Source: Squalus acanthias (taxonomy: Eukaryota). From it: 64,000 bases of DNA. Positions 11,401 through 23,560 of the stretch are shown here, one piece after another. Numbering within the stretch: the first letter of the stretch is position 1; each line of letters begins with the position of its first letter. The stretch lies in the NCBI GenBank assembly GCA_030390025.1, contig CM059425.1, positions 177,570,001-177,634,000 of the forward strand, given 5' to 3'. The notes beneath the pieces are model-generated. The model was not told the origin of the DNA. It ran no database searches and was given only the letters and a program-made list of their open reading frames with translations. The translations under genes were made by a program, and so were the position numbers.

Positions 11401-14300
11401 CTGTCACACTCTGGTTATAGAGTCATAGAGTCATAGAGTTATACATCACAGAAAGAGGCTCTTCGGCCCATCGTGTCCGCACCGGCCATCAAGCCCTGTC
11501 TATTCTGATCTTATTTTCGAGCACTTGGTCCGTAGCCTTGTATGCTATGGCATTTCAAGTGCTCATCTAAATGCTTCTTGAATGTTGTGAGGGTTCCTGC
11601 CTCCACCACCCTTTCAGGCAGTGAGTTCCAGATTCCAACCACCCTCTGGGTGAAAAAGTTTTTCCTCAAATCCCCATTAAACCTCCTGCCCCTTACCTTA
11701 AAACTATGCCCCCTGGTTATTGACCACTCTACTAAGGGGAAAAAGGTCCTTTCTATCTACCCTATCTATGCCCCTCATAATTTTGTACACCTAATCAGGT
11801 TCCCCCTCAGCCTTCTCTGCTCTAAGGAAAACAACCCCAGCCTGTCCAGTCTCTCTTCATAGCTGAAGTGCTCCAGCCCAGGTAACATCCTCTGCACCCT
11901 CTCCAATGCAATCACATCCTTCCTATAGTGTGGCGACCAGAACTGCACACAGTATTCCAGCTGTGGCCTAACTAGCATTTTGTACAGCTCCAGCATAACC
12001 TCCCTGCTCTTATATTCTATGCCTCGGCTAATGAAGGCAAGTATCCCATATGCCTTTTTAACCACCTTATCTACCTGTCCTGCTGCCTTGAGGGATCTAT
12101 GTACATGCACACCAAGGTCCCTCTGATCCTCTGTCCTTCCTAGGGTCCTACCATTCATTGTGTATTCCCTTGCCTTGTTAGTCCTCCCAAAATGCATCAC
12201 CTCACACTTTTCAGGGTTAAATTCCATTTGCCACTGTTCTGCCCATCTAACCAACCTGTCTATATCGCCCTGTAGCCTGAGGCTTCCCTCCTCGCTATTT
12301 ACCACTCCACCAATTTTCATGTCATCTACGAACTTACTGATCATACCTCCTACATTCATATCTAAATCATTAATGTACACTACAAACAGCAAAGGACCCA
12401 GCACCGATCCCTGCGGTACACCACTGGACACAGGCTTCCAGTCACAAAAACAACCTTCGACCATCACCCTCTACCTCCTGCCACTAAGCCAATTTTGGAT
12501 CCAATGTGCCAAATTGCCCTGGATCCCATGGGCTCTTAGCTTCTTGACCAGTCTCCCATGCGGGACTTTGTCAAAAGCCTTACTGAAGTGCATGTAGACT
12601 ACATCAACTGCACTACCCTCATCCACACACCTAGTCACCCCTTCGAAAAATTCAATCAAATTGGTTAGACATGATCTTCCCCCTGACAAAGCCATGCTGA
12701 CTATCCTTGATTAATCCTTGCCTGTCCAAGTGGAGACTAATTCTGTCCCTCAGAATTTTTTCCAATAATTTCCCTACCACTGATGTTAGGCTCACTGGCC
12801 TGTAATTCCCTGGTTTATCCCTACTACCCTTCTTGAATAATGGTACTATGTTAGCTGTTCTCCAGTCCTCTGGCACCTCCCCTGTGGCCAGAGAGGTTCT
12901 GAAAATTTGTGTCAGAGCCCCTGCAATCTCCTCCCTTGCCTCACACAGCAGCCTGGGATACATCTCGTCTGGGCCTGGGGATTTATCCACTTTTAAGCCT
13001 GCTAAAACCGCTAGTACCTCCTCCCTCTCAATACTAATTTGTTCAAGTATATCACAATCCCCCTGCCTGATTTCTATGCCTACATCGTCCTTCTCCATAG
13101 TGAACACAGATGCAAAATATTCATTTAAAACCTCACCTACATCTTTCGGCTCTACACACAGATTGCCACTTTGGTCCCTAATGGGCCCTACTCTTTCCCT
13201 GGTTATCCTCTTGCCCTTAATATACTTATAAAACACCTTGGGATTTTCCTTTATTTTGCCCGCCAGTGTTTTTTCATGCCCCGTCTTCGCTCTCCTAATT
13301 CCCTTCCTGTCACACTCTGGTTATTATTACCCCTATTGCTACCCTGCACTTTTGCCTTCTCATTTTTCTTTGACTTTTTAAATTTCCGCTCAGCGGATCC
13401 CTCTCCCCCACTATTTAGTTTAAAGCCCTATCTACAGCCCTAGTTATTCGATTCACCAGGACACTGGTCCCAGCCTGGTTCAAATGAAGCCCGTCCCGAT
13501 GGAACATCTCCCTCTTTCCCCAGTACTGGTGCCAGTGCCCCAAGAATCAAAACATATTTCTCCCACACCAATCTTTGAGCCACTCGTTCATCTCTCTGAT
13601 CTTATTTACCTTATGCCAATTTGCACGTGGCTCAGGTAGTAATCCAAAGATTATTATTACCTTTGTGGTTTTGCTTTTTAATTTAGCCCGTAGCTGCTCA
13701 TACTCCCTCAGCAGAACATCTTTCTTTGTCCTACCTATGTCGTTGGTACCTACATGGACCTCGACAACTGGATCTTTCCCCTCCCACTCTAAGTTCCTCT
13801 CCAGCCCAGGGGAGATGTCCTTTACCCTGGCACCGGGCAGGCAACACAGCCTTCGGGACTCACGCTCTTGGCTGCAGAGAACAGTGTCTATCCCCCTAAC
13901 TATACTGTCCCCTACCACTACCACATTTCTTTTTGCTCCCCCCCCGCTTGAATGGTTCCCTGTACCACGGTGCTGTGGTCAGTTTGCTCATCCTCACTGC
14001 AGTCCCTGCTCTCGCCCACACAGAGAGTAAGAACCTCGTAACTGTTGGACAAGAGCAAGGGCTGAGGTTCCTCCACCACTACCTCCTGGGTCCCCATACC
14101 TGCCTCGCTTGTAGTCACACCCACCTGTCCCTGACCACGGACCAAATTTGAATTAATTAATCTAAGGGGTGTGACTGCCTCCTGGAACACAGTGTCCAGG
14201 TAACTCTCCCCCTCCCTGATGTGTCGCAGTGTTTGAAGCTCAGACTCCAGCTCATCAACACGGAGCCGAACTTCCTCAAGCAACCAACACTTACTGCAAC
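8443..14300 (-). mobile_element. CR1 LINE with ORF1 (SGNH esterase) and broken ORF2 (APE+RT), split by a nested CR1
   Basis: ORF1 GDSIVRG/CLPGARV/HVGTNDI at 13547-13924; APE VYRPP/MGDFN; RT PQGSVLGP/KFADD; AGAACATA-repeat tail. Confidence 0.92.
11419..13301 (-). mobile_element. Nested 5'-truncated CR1 LINE with 23-bp TSD
   Basis: RT motifs; (ATAGAGTC)n tail; CCTTCCTGTCACACTCTGGTTAT at 11396-11418 and 13302-13324. Confidence 0.92.
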
Positions 14301-16082
14301 TCTTCCGACGCCTTCCGCCACTTTAACACTTTCCAGTTTCCTGGCCCCAACTGTCTCCTTTTCATTATGGATGTCCAATCCCTCGACACCTACATCCCCC
14401 ACCACGACGGCCTGAGGGCGCTCCGCTTCTTCCTTGAACAGAGGCCCAACCAGTCCCCATCCACCACCACCCTCCTCCGCCTGGCTGAACTTGTTCTCAC
14501 TTTGAGCAACTTCTCCTTTGACTCCACTCACTTCCTCCAAATTAAAGGTGTTGCTATGGGAAGCCGCATGGGTCCTAGCTATGCCTGCCTTTTCGTGGGA
14601 TATGTGGAACATTCTTTGTTCCAGTCCTAATCAGGCCCCCTCTCCCTCACCTCTTTTTCCAGTACATTGATGACTGTATCAGTGCCGTTTCCTGCTCTCG
14701 CCCTGAACTAGAAAATTTCATTCACCTTGCTTCCAATTTCCACCCTAACCTCACCTTCACTTGGTCCATCTCCGACTCTTCCCTTCCTATCCTCGACTTC
14801 TCTGTCTCCATTTCTGGGAAGGCTGTCGACAAACATCCACTATAAGCCCACTGACTCCCACAGCTACCTGGACTACACTTCCTCCCACCCCAATTCCTGT
14901 AAGGACTCTATTCCATTCTCCCAGTTTCTCCGTCTCCATTGCATCTGCTCTGACGATGTCACCTTCCATACTAGTGCTTCCGATATGTATTCCTTTTTCC
15001 TTAATCGAGGATTCCCCTCTACCGTGGTTGACAGGGCCCTCGACCCTGTCCGTTCTATTTCCCGCACTTCTGCTCTCACCCCTTCCCCTCCCTCCCAGAA
15101 CCACGATAGGGTTCCCCTTGTCCTCACCTTTCACCCCACCAGCCTCCACATTCAACGGATCATCCTCCGCCATTTCCGCTACTTCCAGTGTGGTCCCACC
15201 ACCAAATACATCTTCCCCTCCCCTTTCAGCATTCCGAAGGGACCACTCCCTCCGCGACACCCTGGTCCACTCCTCTATCACCCCCAACACCCTCTCCCCT
15301 TCCCACGGCACCTTCCCGTGCAAGCGCAGGAAATGCAACACCTACCCTTTTAACTCCTCCCTTCCCACTGTCCAGGGCCCCAAATATTCCTTCCAGGTGA
15401 AACACCAATTTACTTGTACTTCTTGCAATTTAGTATACTGTATTTGCTGCTCATGATGCGGTCTCCTCTACATTGGGAAGACCAAACGCAGATTGGGTGA
15501 CTGCTTTGTGGAACACCTCCGTTCAGTCCGTAAGCGTGACCCCCAAGCTTCCGGTCGCCTGTCACTTTAATTCTCCACTCCACTCCCACTCTGACCTCAC
15601 CGTCCTCGGCCTCTTACACTGTTCCAACGAAGCTCAACGTAAGCTTGAGGAACAGCACCTCATCTTTCGATTAGGCACTTTAAAGCCCTCTGGACTCAAA
15701 ATCGAGTTCAACAATTTCAGATCATAACCTCCGCCCCTATTTTTTCACATGGCAGCTGTTGATGATTCTCTCATTCTCATTTACACCTCATCTAAACTCA
15801 TCTTTTGTTTCTTAACTTGGCCCATTACCATCTCCTTTTGCCTTGCACCATCATCCCTTTTGTCTCTTAATCGCTCCTGCCTTCCATCCTATCACAGACC
15901 TTCCCTTTTGTTCTTTCCTCTCCTCCCCCCTTTCCCTGCCCCTACACTTGCTTAAAAACCTTTTACATCTCCAACTTTTTCCAGTTCTGACAAAGGGTCA
16001 TCGACCTGAAACGTTAACTCTGTTTTTCTCTCTACAGATGCTGCCTGACCTGCTGAGTATTTCCAGCATTTTCTGTTTTTGT
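14300..16082 (+). mobile_element. Penelope-like element (RT + GIY-YIG), 5'-truncated, decayed
   Basis: QIKGVAMGSRMGPSYA, YIDD (~14663), YKPTDSHSYL..SSHP, NLVYCI...LYIG.T.R. Confidence 0.9.
15983..16019 (+). ncRNA. Minimal type I hammerhead ribozyme-like motif (core G8 mutated)
   Basis: AGTT-CTGACAA-AGGGTC atc GACCT-GAAACGTT-AACT: stem I AGTT/AACT, stem II GGTC/GACC, palindromic ACGT. Confidence 0.6.
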
Positions 16083-16083
16083 T

Positions 16084-16146
16084 TACTTTCAATGGGCGCA
16101 GGCAGATCCCCGCACCCATTTTCGGGCCTTATCCAATTTAGCCCCC
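16084..16146. mobile_element. Isolated Harbinger terminus
   Basis: GATCCCGCACCCATTTTCGGGCCTTATCCAATTTAGCCCC matches the reverse complement of 51899-51940. Confidence 0.55.
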
Positions 16147-17346
16147 TAACGCCTTTAAACCAAGATCCAACTACATAGGATTACAAAGGATAAAAGGCAG
16201 AGAAATAGGCCATTCAGCCCAAACAGTCCATGCTGGCATTTATGCTCCACTCGAGCCTCCTCCCGTCTTTCCTCATTTAAATCTATCAGCATAACCCTCT
16301 ATCCCTTCTCCCTCGTATGCTTGTCTAGCCTCCCCTTAAATACATCTATACTTTTCGCTTCAACCTCTCCCTGTGGTAGTGAGTCCCACATTCTCACCAC
16401 TCTTTGGGTAAAGAAGTTTCTTCTGAATTCCCTATTGGATTTCTTGGTGACTATCTTATATTGATGGCCTCTAGTTATGCTCTTCCCCATAAGTGGAAAC
16501 ATTCTCTCTATATCCACTCTATCAAAACCTTTCAAAATTTTAAAGACCTCTATTTGGTCACCCCTCAGCCTTCTTTTTTCAAGAGAAAAGAGACCCAGCC
16601 TGTTCATCCTTTCCTGATATGTATACGCTCGCATTTCTGGTATCATCCTTGTAAATCTTCTCTGCACCCTCTCCAGTGCCTCCACATCCTTTTTATAATA
16701 TGGCGACCAGAACTGTACGCAGTACTTAAGTGTGGTCTAACCAAGGTTCGATACAGGTTTAGCATAATTTCCCTACTTTTCAATTCTATACCTCTAGAAA
16801 TAAACCCGAGTGCTTGGTTTGCTTTTTTTATGGCCTTGCTACCCTGTGTCGCAACCATTAGTGATTTGTGTATTACTACTCCGAGATCCCTTTGTTCCTC
16901 TACCCCACCTAGAGTCATAACGGCACAGAAGGAGGTGATTCGGCCCATCGAGTCCATGCCGGCTCTCTGTAGAGTAATCCAGTCAGTCCCATTCCCCCGC
17001 TCTATCCCCGTAGCCCTGCAAGTTTATTTCCCTCAAGTGCCTATCCAGTCTCCCCTTGAAACCATTGAGTGTGTCCGCTTCCACCACTTCCGTCGGCAGC
17101 GAGTTCCAGGTACTCACCACTCGCTGCGTAAAAAAGTTTTTCCTCACGTCCCCCCGTATCTCTTTCCCCAAACCTTAAATCTGTGTCCCCTAGTCCTTGT
17201 ACCATCAACTAGTGGGAACAGCCTTTCCCCGTCTAGCCTATCCAAATCTGTCATAATCTTGTACACCTCTATCAAATCACCCCTCAACCTCCTTTGCTCT
17301 AATGAAAACAAATTCAGCTTCTCCAACCTGTCCTTGTAGCTAAGAT

Positions 17347-19662
17347 TGAAGGGATAATTACAGGTCCTAGCCCTTCTTGGGCTACCCCAGATCAGGCGTA
17401 TTCCCCAGACATTCCCCTTCAACTAAAGTTAGAGCTAGCCGAATCCTATAAGACGCTTAATTGGGTCTAAAGGTCCAGACTTGAAGATATTATCGTCCTC
17501 CAGATAGCACTTTTAATAAGTTTAACTAGACTGTAACCTTCCGGATATTATGAGGGTCCGGAAAACCCCCCAGAATTCTGCAACTCCTCACAAAAGAGTG
17601 TACAGAGATTTGAGTTCGCGAGGTTGATACAGAAATACTCTGTGAGACAATTCTAAAAATATATAGATTTATTAAGGAACCGACATTTAGTTAACAGCTG
17701 ATGAGTCAATCGCAACTTTAACAGTTCAAAATACAAATAGCTTACATTTCTTATTCTCAGAGATCCTTATTCTCAAATCTTAACTTCGTTACATTTTTAC
17801 ATTTCTAAGTCTTATTCTTAATACAGAATATCCACCAAAATCAATTAAAGTACCGTTTGATCCCTGAGACTCAAAGGGGGAAAAATTCAGTTGGTTGCGC
17901 CGCCCATTAGCGCCTTAAGAGGGCGCTAATGGGGCGCAAAGCAACTAGCGCCTGGGCGCGGCGATGTTTGTGCCGCTCGCAAAATTAACTAGACATTTTG
18001 CGGTGGCACTAAACAGTACCGCCATGATCTCCTGCGCCGGCAGATCGTGACGTCAGTCGAGTGCGCAATGCCCCGGTAGCGCCCCGGAGCGGATATTGAG
18101 TGGCGCCCCCTGCCTTACCGCCTGCCGCTAGCAACGACAGGTTGAGGGGAGCGTTTTGCAGTCAGGAAGGGACTGGGGGAGCGCTATTTAAAGGCGACCG
18201 CTTCCTGCCTTTTTTTGTTGGCGACATTTTTGAACCACGCATTCTGAGAGAGAGAGAGACTTCTGGAGAGATTCAACGCTGTGTGAAGGAGTTTTGGGTA
18301 CTGAGCAGCACTTTGCAGGTTCATTTTGATTTGCCCTTCCTTGTATTGATTTAGAAGAGACTGTGGGGGCTGCACTCTGAGCTCTTTCCCTGGGCCTCTC
18401 CATTGTTCTTTCCAGCAGATTTGATGTACAGGTCTCTCTAGGCCAAGATTCAAGGCTGCAATGAGCAGGATGTGGATGGAAAGCAAGATCAACCCTCCCC
18501 TTTAAGAACTGGCCGGGGCCATTGTGTCTGTGTTCCATTGCTGACTGACATCATATGAGCTTCGCCAGCGCTCTGAGTTAGCGCCTCACTCCTCGGCCTT
18601 TGCGCCTTAAGACAGATGTGTAGCGCCTGATTTAGCGCTCCAATCACCTCCAGGGGCGATAAAAGTCAAGTGTGCAGTCGGAGGCGATAATTAGCGCCAG
18701 GCGCTAATCTTTGCGCCCGGCCGAAAGTTGCGCCCCAAGCAGGCGATACTGAATTTTTGCCCCAGAGAGTTAAAAACTTACAGAGCCTGCCTCTGAAGAG
18801 TGAAAGAATCGCTTGCCTCGTTCCAGCGACTTCTGTTTTCCCATTTGAAAATCCCATATCTTATACTCTTTTTGCAGTGGTATCTCCTTTGAAGTTTTCT
18901 GCTGATGTAAGCTAATTATCTCTAGTCAGTCTTTCTGTTGACTTCTTTTTATTCTTACTGTTAGTTCAGCTGCTAACTCTCAGAATCCTGTCTGCTGTAT
19001 AGGTGTTTCGTAACTTATCATCAAATATGGTTTAACAGATTTATCTATTTGATGCCATTCTTACGAGGTCTTCTATTGAATTCTTAATATCCCCTTAACT
19101 GGTTATAAGCAGACATCATGTCTCCCAACTGTTCCAAGTTCAATACAAACACAATGTGATTGCTTGGTACATCTATTGATATTATATCTTCAAAGTGTTC
19201 TGTAGGTATCATATTTACAATATGTAAATCAAAATCACTTCAACCAGGGTGTTCCATGCATTTCTTAGCTACTTCAATTGGTTGTATATATAATTGTGTT
19301 TCCTGTTTCATTTGATGTTACTTTTACAAAGGCACATGGTTTTTTAATGTTCTGTGTTCCTGTTCGAAGTGTTTGCTTTTAACACTTTAAACTAGGTATA
19401 GCTATTGTGTTGGTTCCAAACTGCAGACTCCTTGGAAGCAAGCCTTTGCTTCTTCAATAACCATTTCCCATTTCAAAAGCTTGTATGGTGTTTACAGCTT
19501 TGTGTTAACACTTCATCTTATCTCAGAAGCCTGTATTTCTGTTTACAGCTTGTGTCGTTGAGGCTTTTAGATTTTAAAACCCCAGTTTGTCATATTTTAA
19601 TAATGTCAGAATTCTGTTCATAGGATGGTGCATTTTTCTGAAATATGGCTCATTCCTTTACA
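17347..19662 (-). mobile_element. Solo LTR (about 1.43 kb without its MITE), ERV or Gypsy
   Basis: TG...CA ends (TGAAGGGA / TTCCTTTACA), 4-bp TSD AGAT, minus-strand TATA-like (~18863) and AATAAA (17668-17673); homologous to 29873-36102. Confidence 0.85.
17876..18763. mobile_element. Harbinger MITE, deletion derivative of the 39337 family
   Basis: TIRs GGGGGAAAAATTCAGT / ACTGAATTTTTGCCCC; flanks AAA/AGA; empty site at ~31150. Confidence 0.88.
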
Positions 19663-22600
19663 AGATCACCCATCCCCGGAACCATTCTGGTAAATCTCCT
19701 CTGCACCCTCTCAAGTGCCTTCACATCCTTCCTAAAGTGTGGTGACAGAACTGGATGCAATACTCCAGTTGTGGCCAAACCAGCACTTTATAAAGGTTCA
19801 GCAGAACTTCTCTACTTTTGTACTCAATACCTCTATTTATGAAGCCCAAGATCCCATATGCTTTGCTAACCACTCTCTCAATATGTCCCGCCACCTTCAG
19901 GGACCTATGCACATTAACTCCCAGGTCCCTCTGTCCCTGCACACTCTTTAAAACTGTGCCATTAAGTGTATATTGTCTCTTCCTGTTCCTTCTGCCAAAA
20001 TGCATCACCTCACACTTCTCTGTATTAAATTCCATCTGCCACTTGTCTGTCCATTCTGCTAGCCTTTCTATGTCCTGTTGCAGTCGATTGGTATCATCCT
20101 CACTGTTTGCCACACCCCGAAGTTTGGTGTCATCGGCAAATTTAGAAATTCTACTCTGTATTCCAATATCCAGGTCATTTATATATATCAAAAAAGCAGT
20201 GGCTCCAGCACTGACCCTTGGGGAACACCACTGTCTACCATCCTCCAGTCTGAAAAACAGCCATTTACAACAACTCACTGTTTTCTGTCCTTATGCCAAT
20301 TCCTTATCCAAGCTGCCACTGACCCATCTATTCCATGAGCCTCAATTTTGTTAACCAGCCTTCTATGTGGTACTTTGTCAAACACCTTCCTAAAATCCAT
20401 GTAGACAATATCCATTGCATTCCCTTCATCAATCTTCCCTGTTACTTCACCAAAAAATTCAATTGGATTAGTCAAACATGATCTGCCTTTTACAAATCCG
20501 TCTTGGCTCTCCTTAATTAACTTAAAACCCTCCAAGTGCCCGTTAATTTTTTCCTTGATTATTGTTTCTAAAACTTTACCCACCACTGATGTTAAACTGA
20601 CCGACCTGTAGTTACTAGGATTGTCCTTACACCCTTTCTTGAACAATGGTGTCACATTTGCCACTTTCCAATCCTCGGGCACCTCCCCCGCATCTAGGGA
20701 AGATTGGAAAATTACGGCAAGCCCTTCTGCTATTTCCTCCCACAATTCCCTGAGCAACCTGGGATGCAAGCCATCTGGACCAGGATACTTATCCACTTCA
20801 AGCATACCCAGTCTTTCTAGTACATCCTGTCTATGAATTTTCACCCCTTCCATTGCTTCTACCTTTTCCACTTCTACTGATATTTTGTCAGCATCCACCT
20901 CCTTATTAAACACCGATACAAAGTACTCATTGAGTATTCTAGCCTTGCCCAGCGCCTCTAAGCATATATCACCTTCTTTGTCTCTAATAGGCGCCACCCC
21001 GCCTCTTACTACCTGCTTACTGTTTACATGCCGGTAGAAGATTTTTGGGTTCCATTTTATGTTAACCGCCATTCCACTCTCATATTCTCTCTTTGCCAAT
21101 CTTATTTTCATCTTCACTTCCCCTCTCAACTTATTGTATTTGGCCTGGTTCTCCCTTGAAGAATTCACCTAACATTCATCATACACCCTCTTTCTGGTTT
21201 GTTTCATCATCTTCTCTATCTCCCTCGTCATCCAAGGAGCCCTTGCTTTGGTTCCCTTACCCTTCCCTCTTGTTGGAATGTACCTAGCCTGTACTTGGAA
21301 CATCTCCTCCTTAAAGATCACCCATTGTTCCGTTACAGTTTTTCCTGTCAGTCTTTGGTTCCATTTTACCCTGGCTAGATCCTTTCGCATCCCATTGAAG
21401 TTATCCCTATTCCAGTTTAGAAGTTCCACTCTAGATTGTTCCTTGCTCCTCTCCATTGCTAATCTAAATCTTATGATACGATGATCACTCGTACCCAAGT
21501 GTTCTCCCACAGACACTTGGTCGACCTGGCCCACCTCATTCCCCAGCACCAAATCCAGCAATGCCTCCTTCCTAGTTGGGCCAAGAACATACTGGTCAAG
21601 GAAATTCTCCTGAACACATTTCAGAAATTCCTCCCCCTCCTTTCCCTTTACCCTAGTATTATCCCAATCGATATTTGGGTAATTAAAGTCCCCCAATATC
21701 ACCACTCTATAGCTCTTGCATATCTCTGCGATTTCCCTGCAGATTTGCTCCTCTACCTCCCTCTCACTATTTGGAGGCCTATAGAATACCCTCAATAGCG
21801 TGATCATACCCTTTTTGCTCCTCAGCTCTAACCAAATGGATTCTGTCCTTGTCCCCTCAAGAACATCCTCCCTTTCCAACACTACAATGTCTTCCTTAAT
21901 CAGTACTGCCACCCCACCTCCCTTTTTTCCTTCCCTATCTTTTCTGAACACCTTGTACCCTTGAATATTAAGTGCCCAGTCCTCACCATTTTGAAGCCAC
22001 GTTTCTGTTATTGCCACAACATCATATTGCCACACGGCTAATTGTGCTTGTAGCTCACCAACCTTATTCACCACACTTTGTGCGTTTACGTACATGCATT
22101 CTAAACCCATTTTTGAATTTTTTGCAATCTTTCTTAGTCTGCTCCTATCTAATATGGTACTACTTCTGCCTCTAGTACTACTTTCTTCTCTAGTACTATC
22201 CAACACACTCACTCTTTTATGCACCTTATTCCTCTTTTCTACTCCTATATGCTGGTGCCCATCCCCCTGCCAAGCTGGTTTAAACCCTCCCCAACAGCAC
22301 TAGCAAACCTCCCCACGAGAATATTGGTTCCGGCTCTGTTGAGGTGTAACCCGTCCGGCTTGTACAGGTCCCACCTTCCCCAGAAATGGTCCCAATACCT
22401 CAAGAATCTAAAGCCCTCCCTCCTGCACCATCTCTCCAGCCACGCATTCATCTGTTCTATCCTCCTATTCCTGTACTCACTAGCACGTGGCACCAGGAGT
22501 AATCTGGAGATTACTACCTTTGAGATCCTGCTTTTTAATCTCTTTCCTAGCTCCCTATAGTCTGCCTGCAGGACCTCATCCCTCTTTCTGCCTATGTCGT

Positions 22601-23560
22601 TGGTACCGATATGGACAACGACCTCTGGTTGTTCACCCTCCCCCCTCAGAGTGTCCTGCAGCCACTCAGTGACATCCTTGACCCTGGCACCAGAGAGGCA
22701 ACATACCATCCTGGAGTCATGTCTGCGTCCCCGTGGTGCAGTGGCCTTGGCCCAGAGGAGCCATTACCCCCACCAGTCTCCAGAACTGTGAACCGGTTAG
22801 CGAGTGAGATGCACTCTGGGAATTCCTGCCCTACCTGCCTGGTCCTCCTTCTCTGTCTGGCAGTCACCCATTCCCTCTCTGCCTGCACATTCTGAGGCTG
22901 CGGGGTGACCAGTTCTAGAAGCATGCTTTCCAAGTATTTCTCAGCCTCGCGGATGCACTGTAGTGACTCCAGCTGCCGCTCAGGCTCCGAAACCCGGAGC
23001 TTGAGTTGCTACAGTTGGCGACACTTCCTGCACACGTGGTCGTCCAGGCCGCAAGAAGCGTCCAGGATTTCCCACATGGCACAGGATGTGCAAATCATGG
23101 GACTGAGCTGTCCTGCCATGCCTCCATTTACCAGACTATGGAGGTAATTTAGCAGAAATAAACTTAACAAGAAACACTCAACAGCTACCCACCAATCAGC
23201 ACCTCCCTCTATTAGATAGGATATGAACTACTTAGCAAAAATATACTGAAAACAGAACCAAAAAAAAACTTACCACAAATACTCACCCTATACTCACCTC
23301 TCAGCTCTCTTGTGCCAGCGACACCTTTGGATTCTGACGTCACTCCTTCGTTGTGTCGCTTGCCGACTGTCTCCCTCGCAGGTAGTCTGCTCACTCGGAC
23401 TTCCAGGCCTCTGCTCTGCGCTGCTTTTATCCCCGGTCTCCGATTCCGTTCCACCCGCAGGTCCGCTCGCTCAGACTCGCACCCTCCAAGTAATAAGTAA
23501 CCTCCCTGTTCTTCCTACCAAAATATAATACCTCACATTTATCTGTGTTGAACTTCATTT

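Larger units (their letters stand above)
16911..23472 (-). mobile_element. Near full-length CR1 LINE (5' UTR, ORF1, ORF2 with frameshifts), split by a solo LTR
   Basis: ORF1 from 23119: CxxC...CxxC, leucine-rich segment, SGNH motifs; ORF2 YVNAQSV, ITETWL, GDFN, SDH, KFADD; possible AGA TSD. Confidence 0.9.

Noticed and set aside
16404..17339. 311-aa plus-strand ORF and similar antisense ORFs over LINEs
   Set aside because: Antisense shadows of CR1 ORF2, here crossing a junction between two elements
18775..18785. Foamy-virus-like splice donor in the LTR R region
   Set aside because: The GT is not conserved in the second LTR copy (~31165), so it is not usable as evidence
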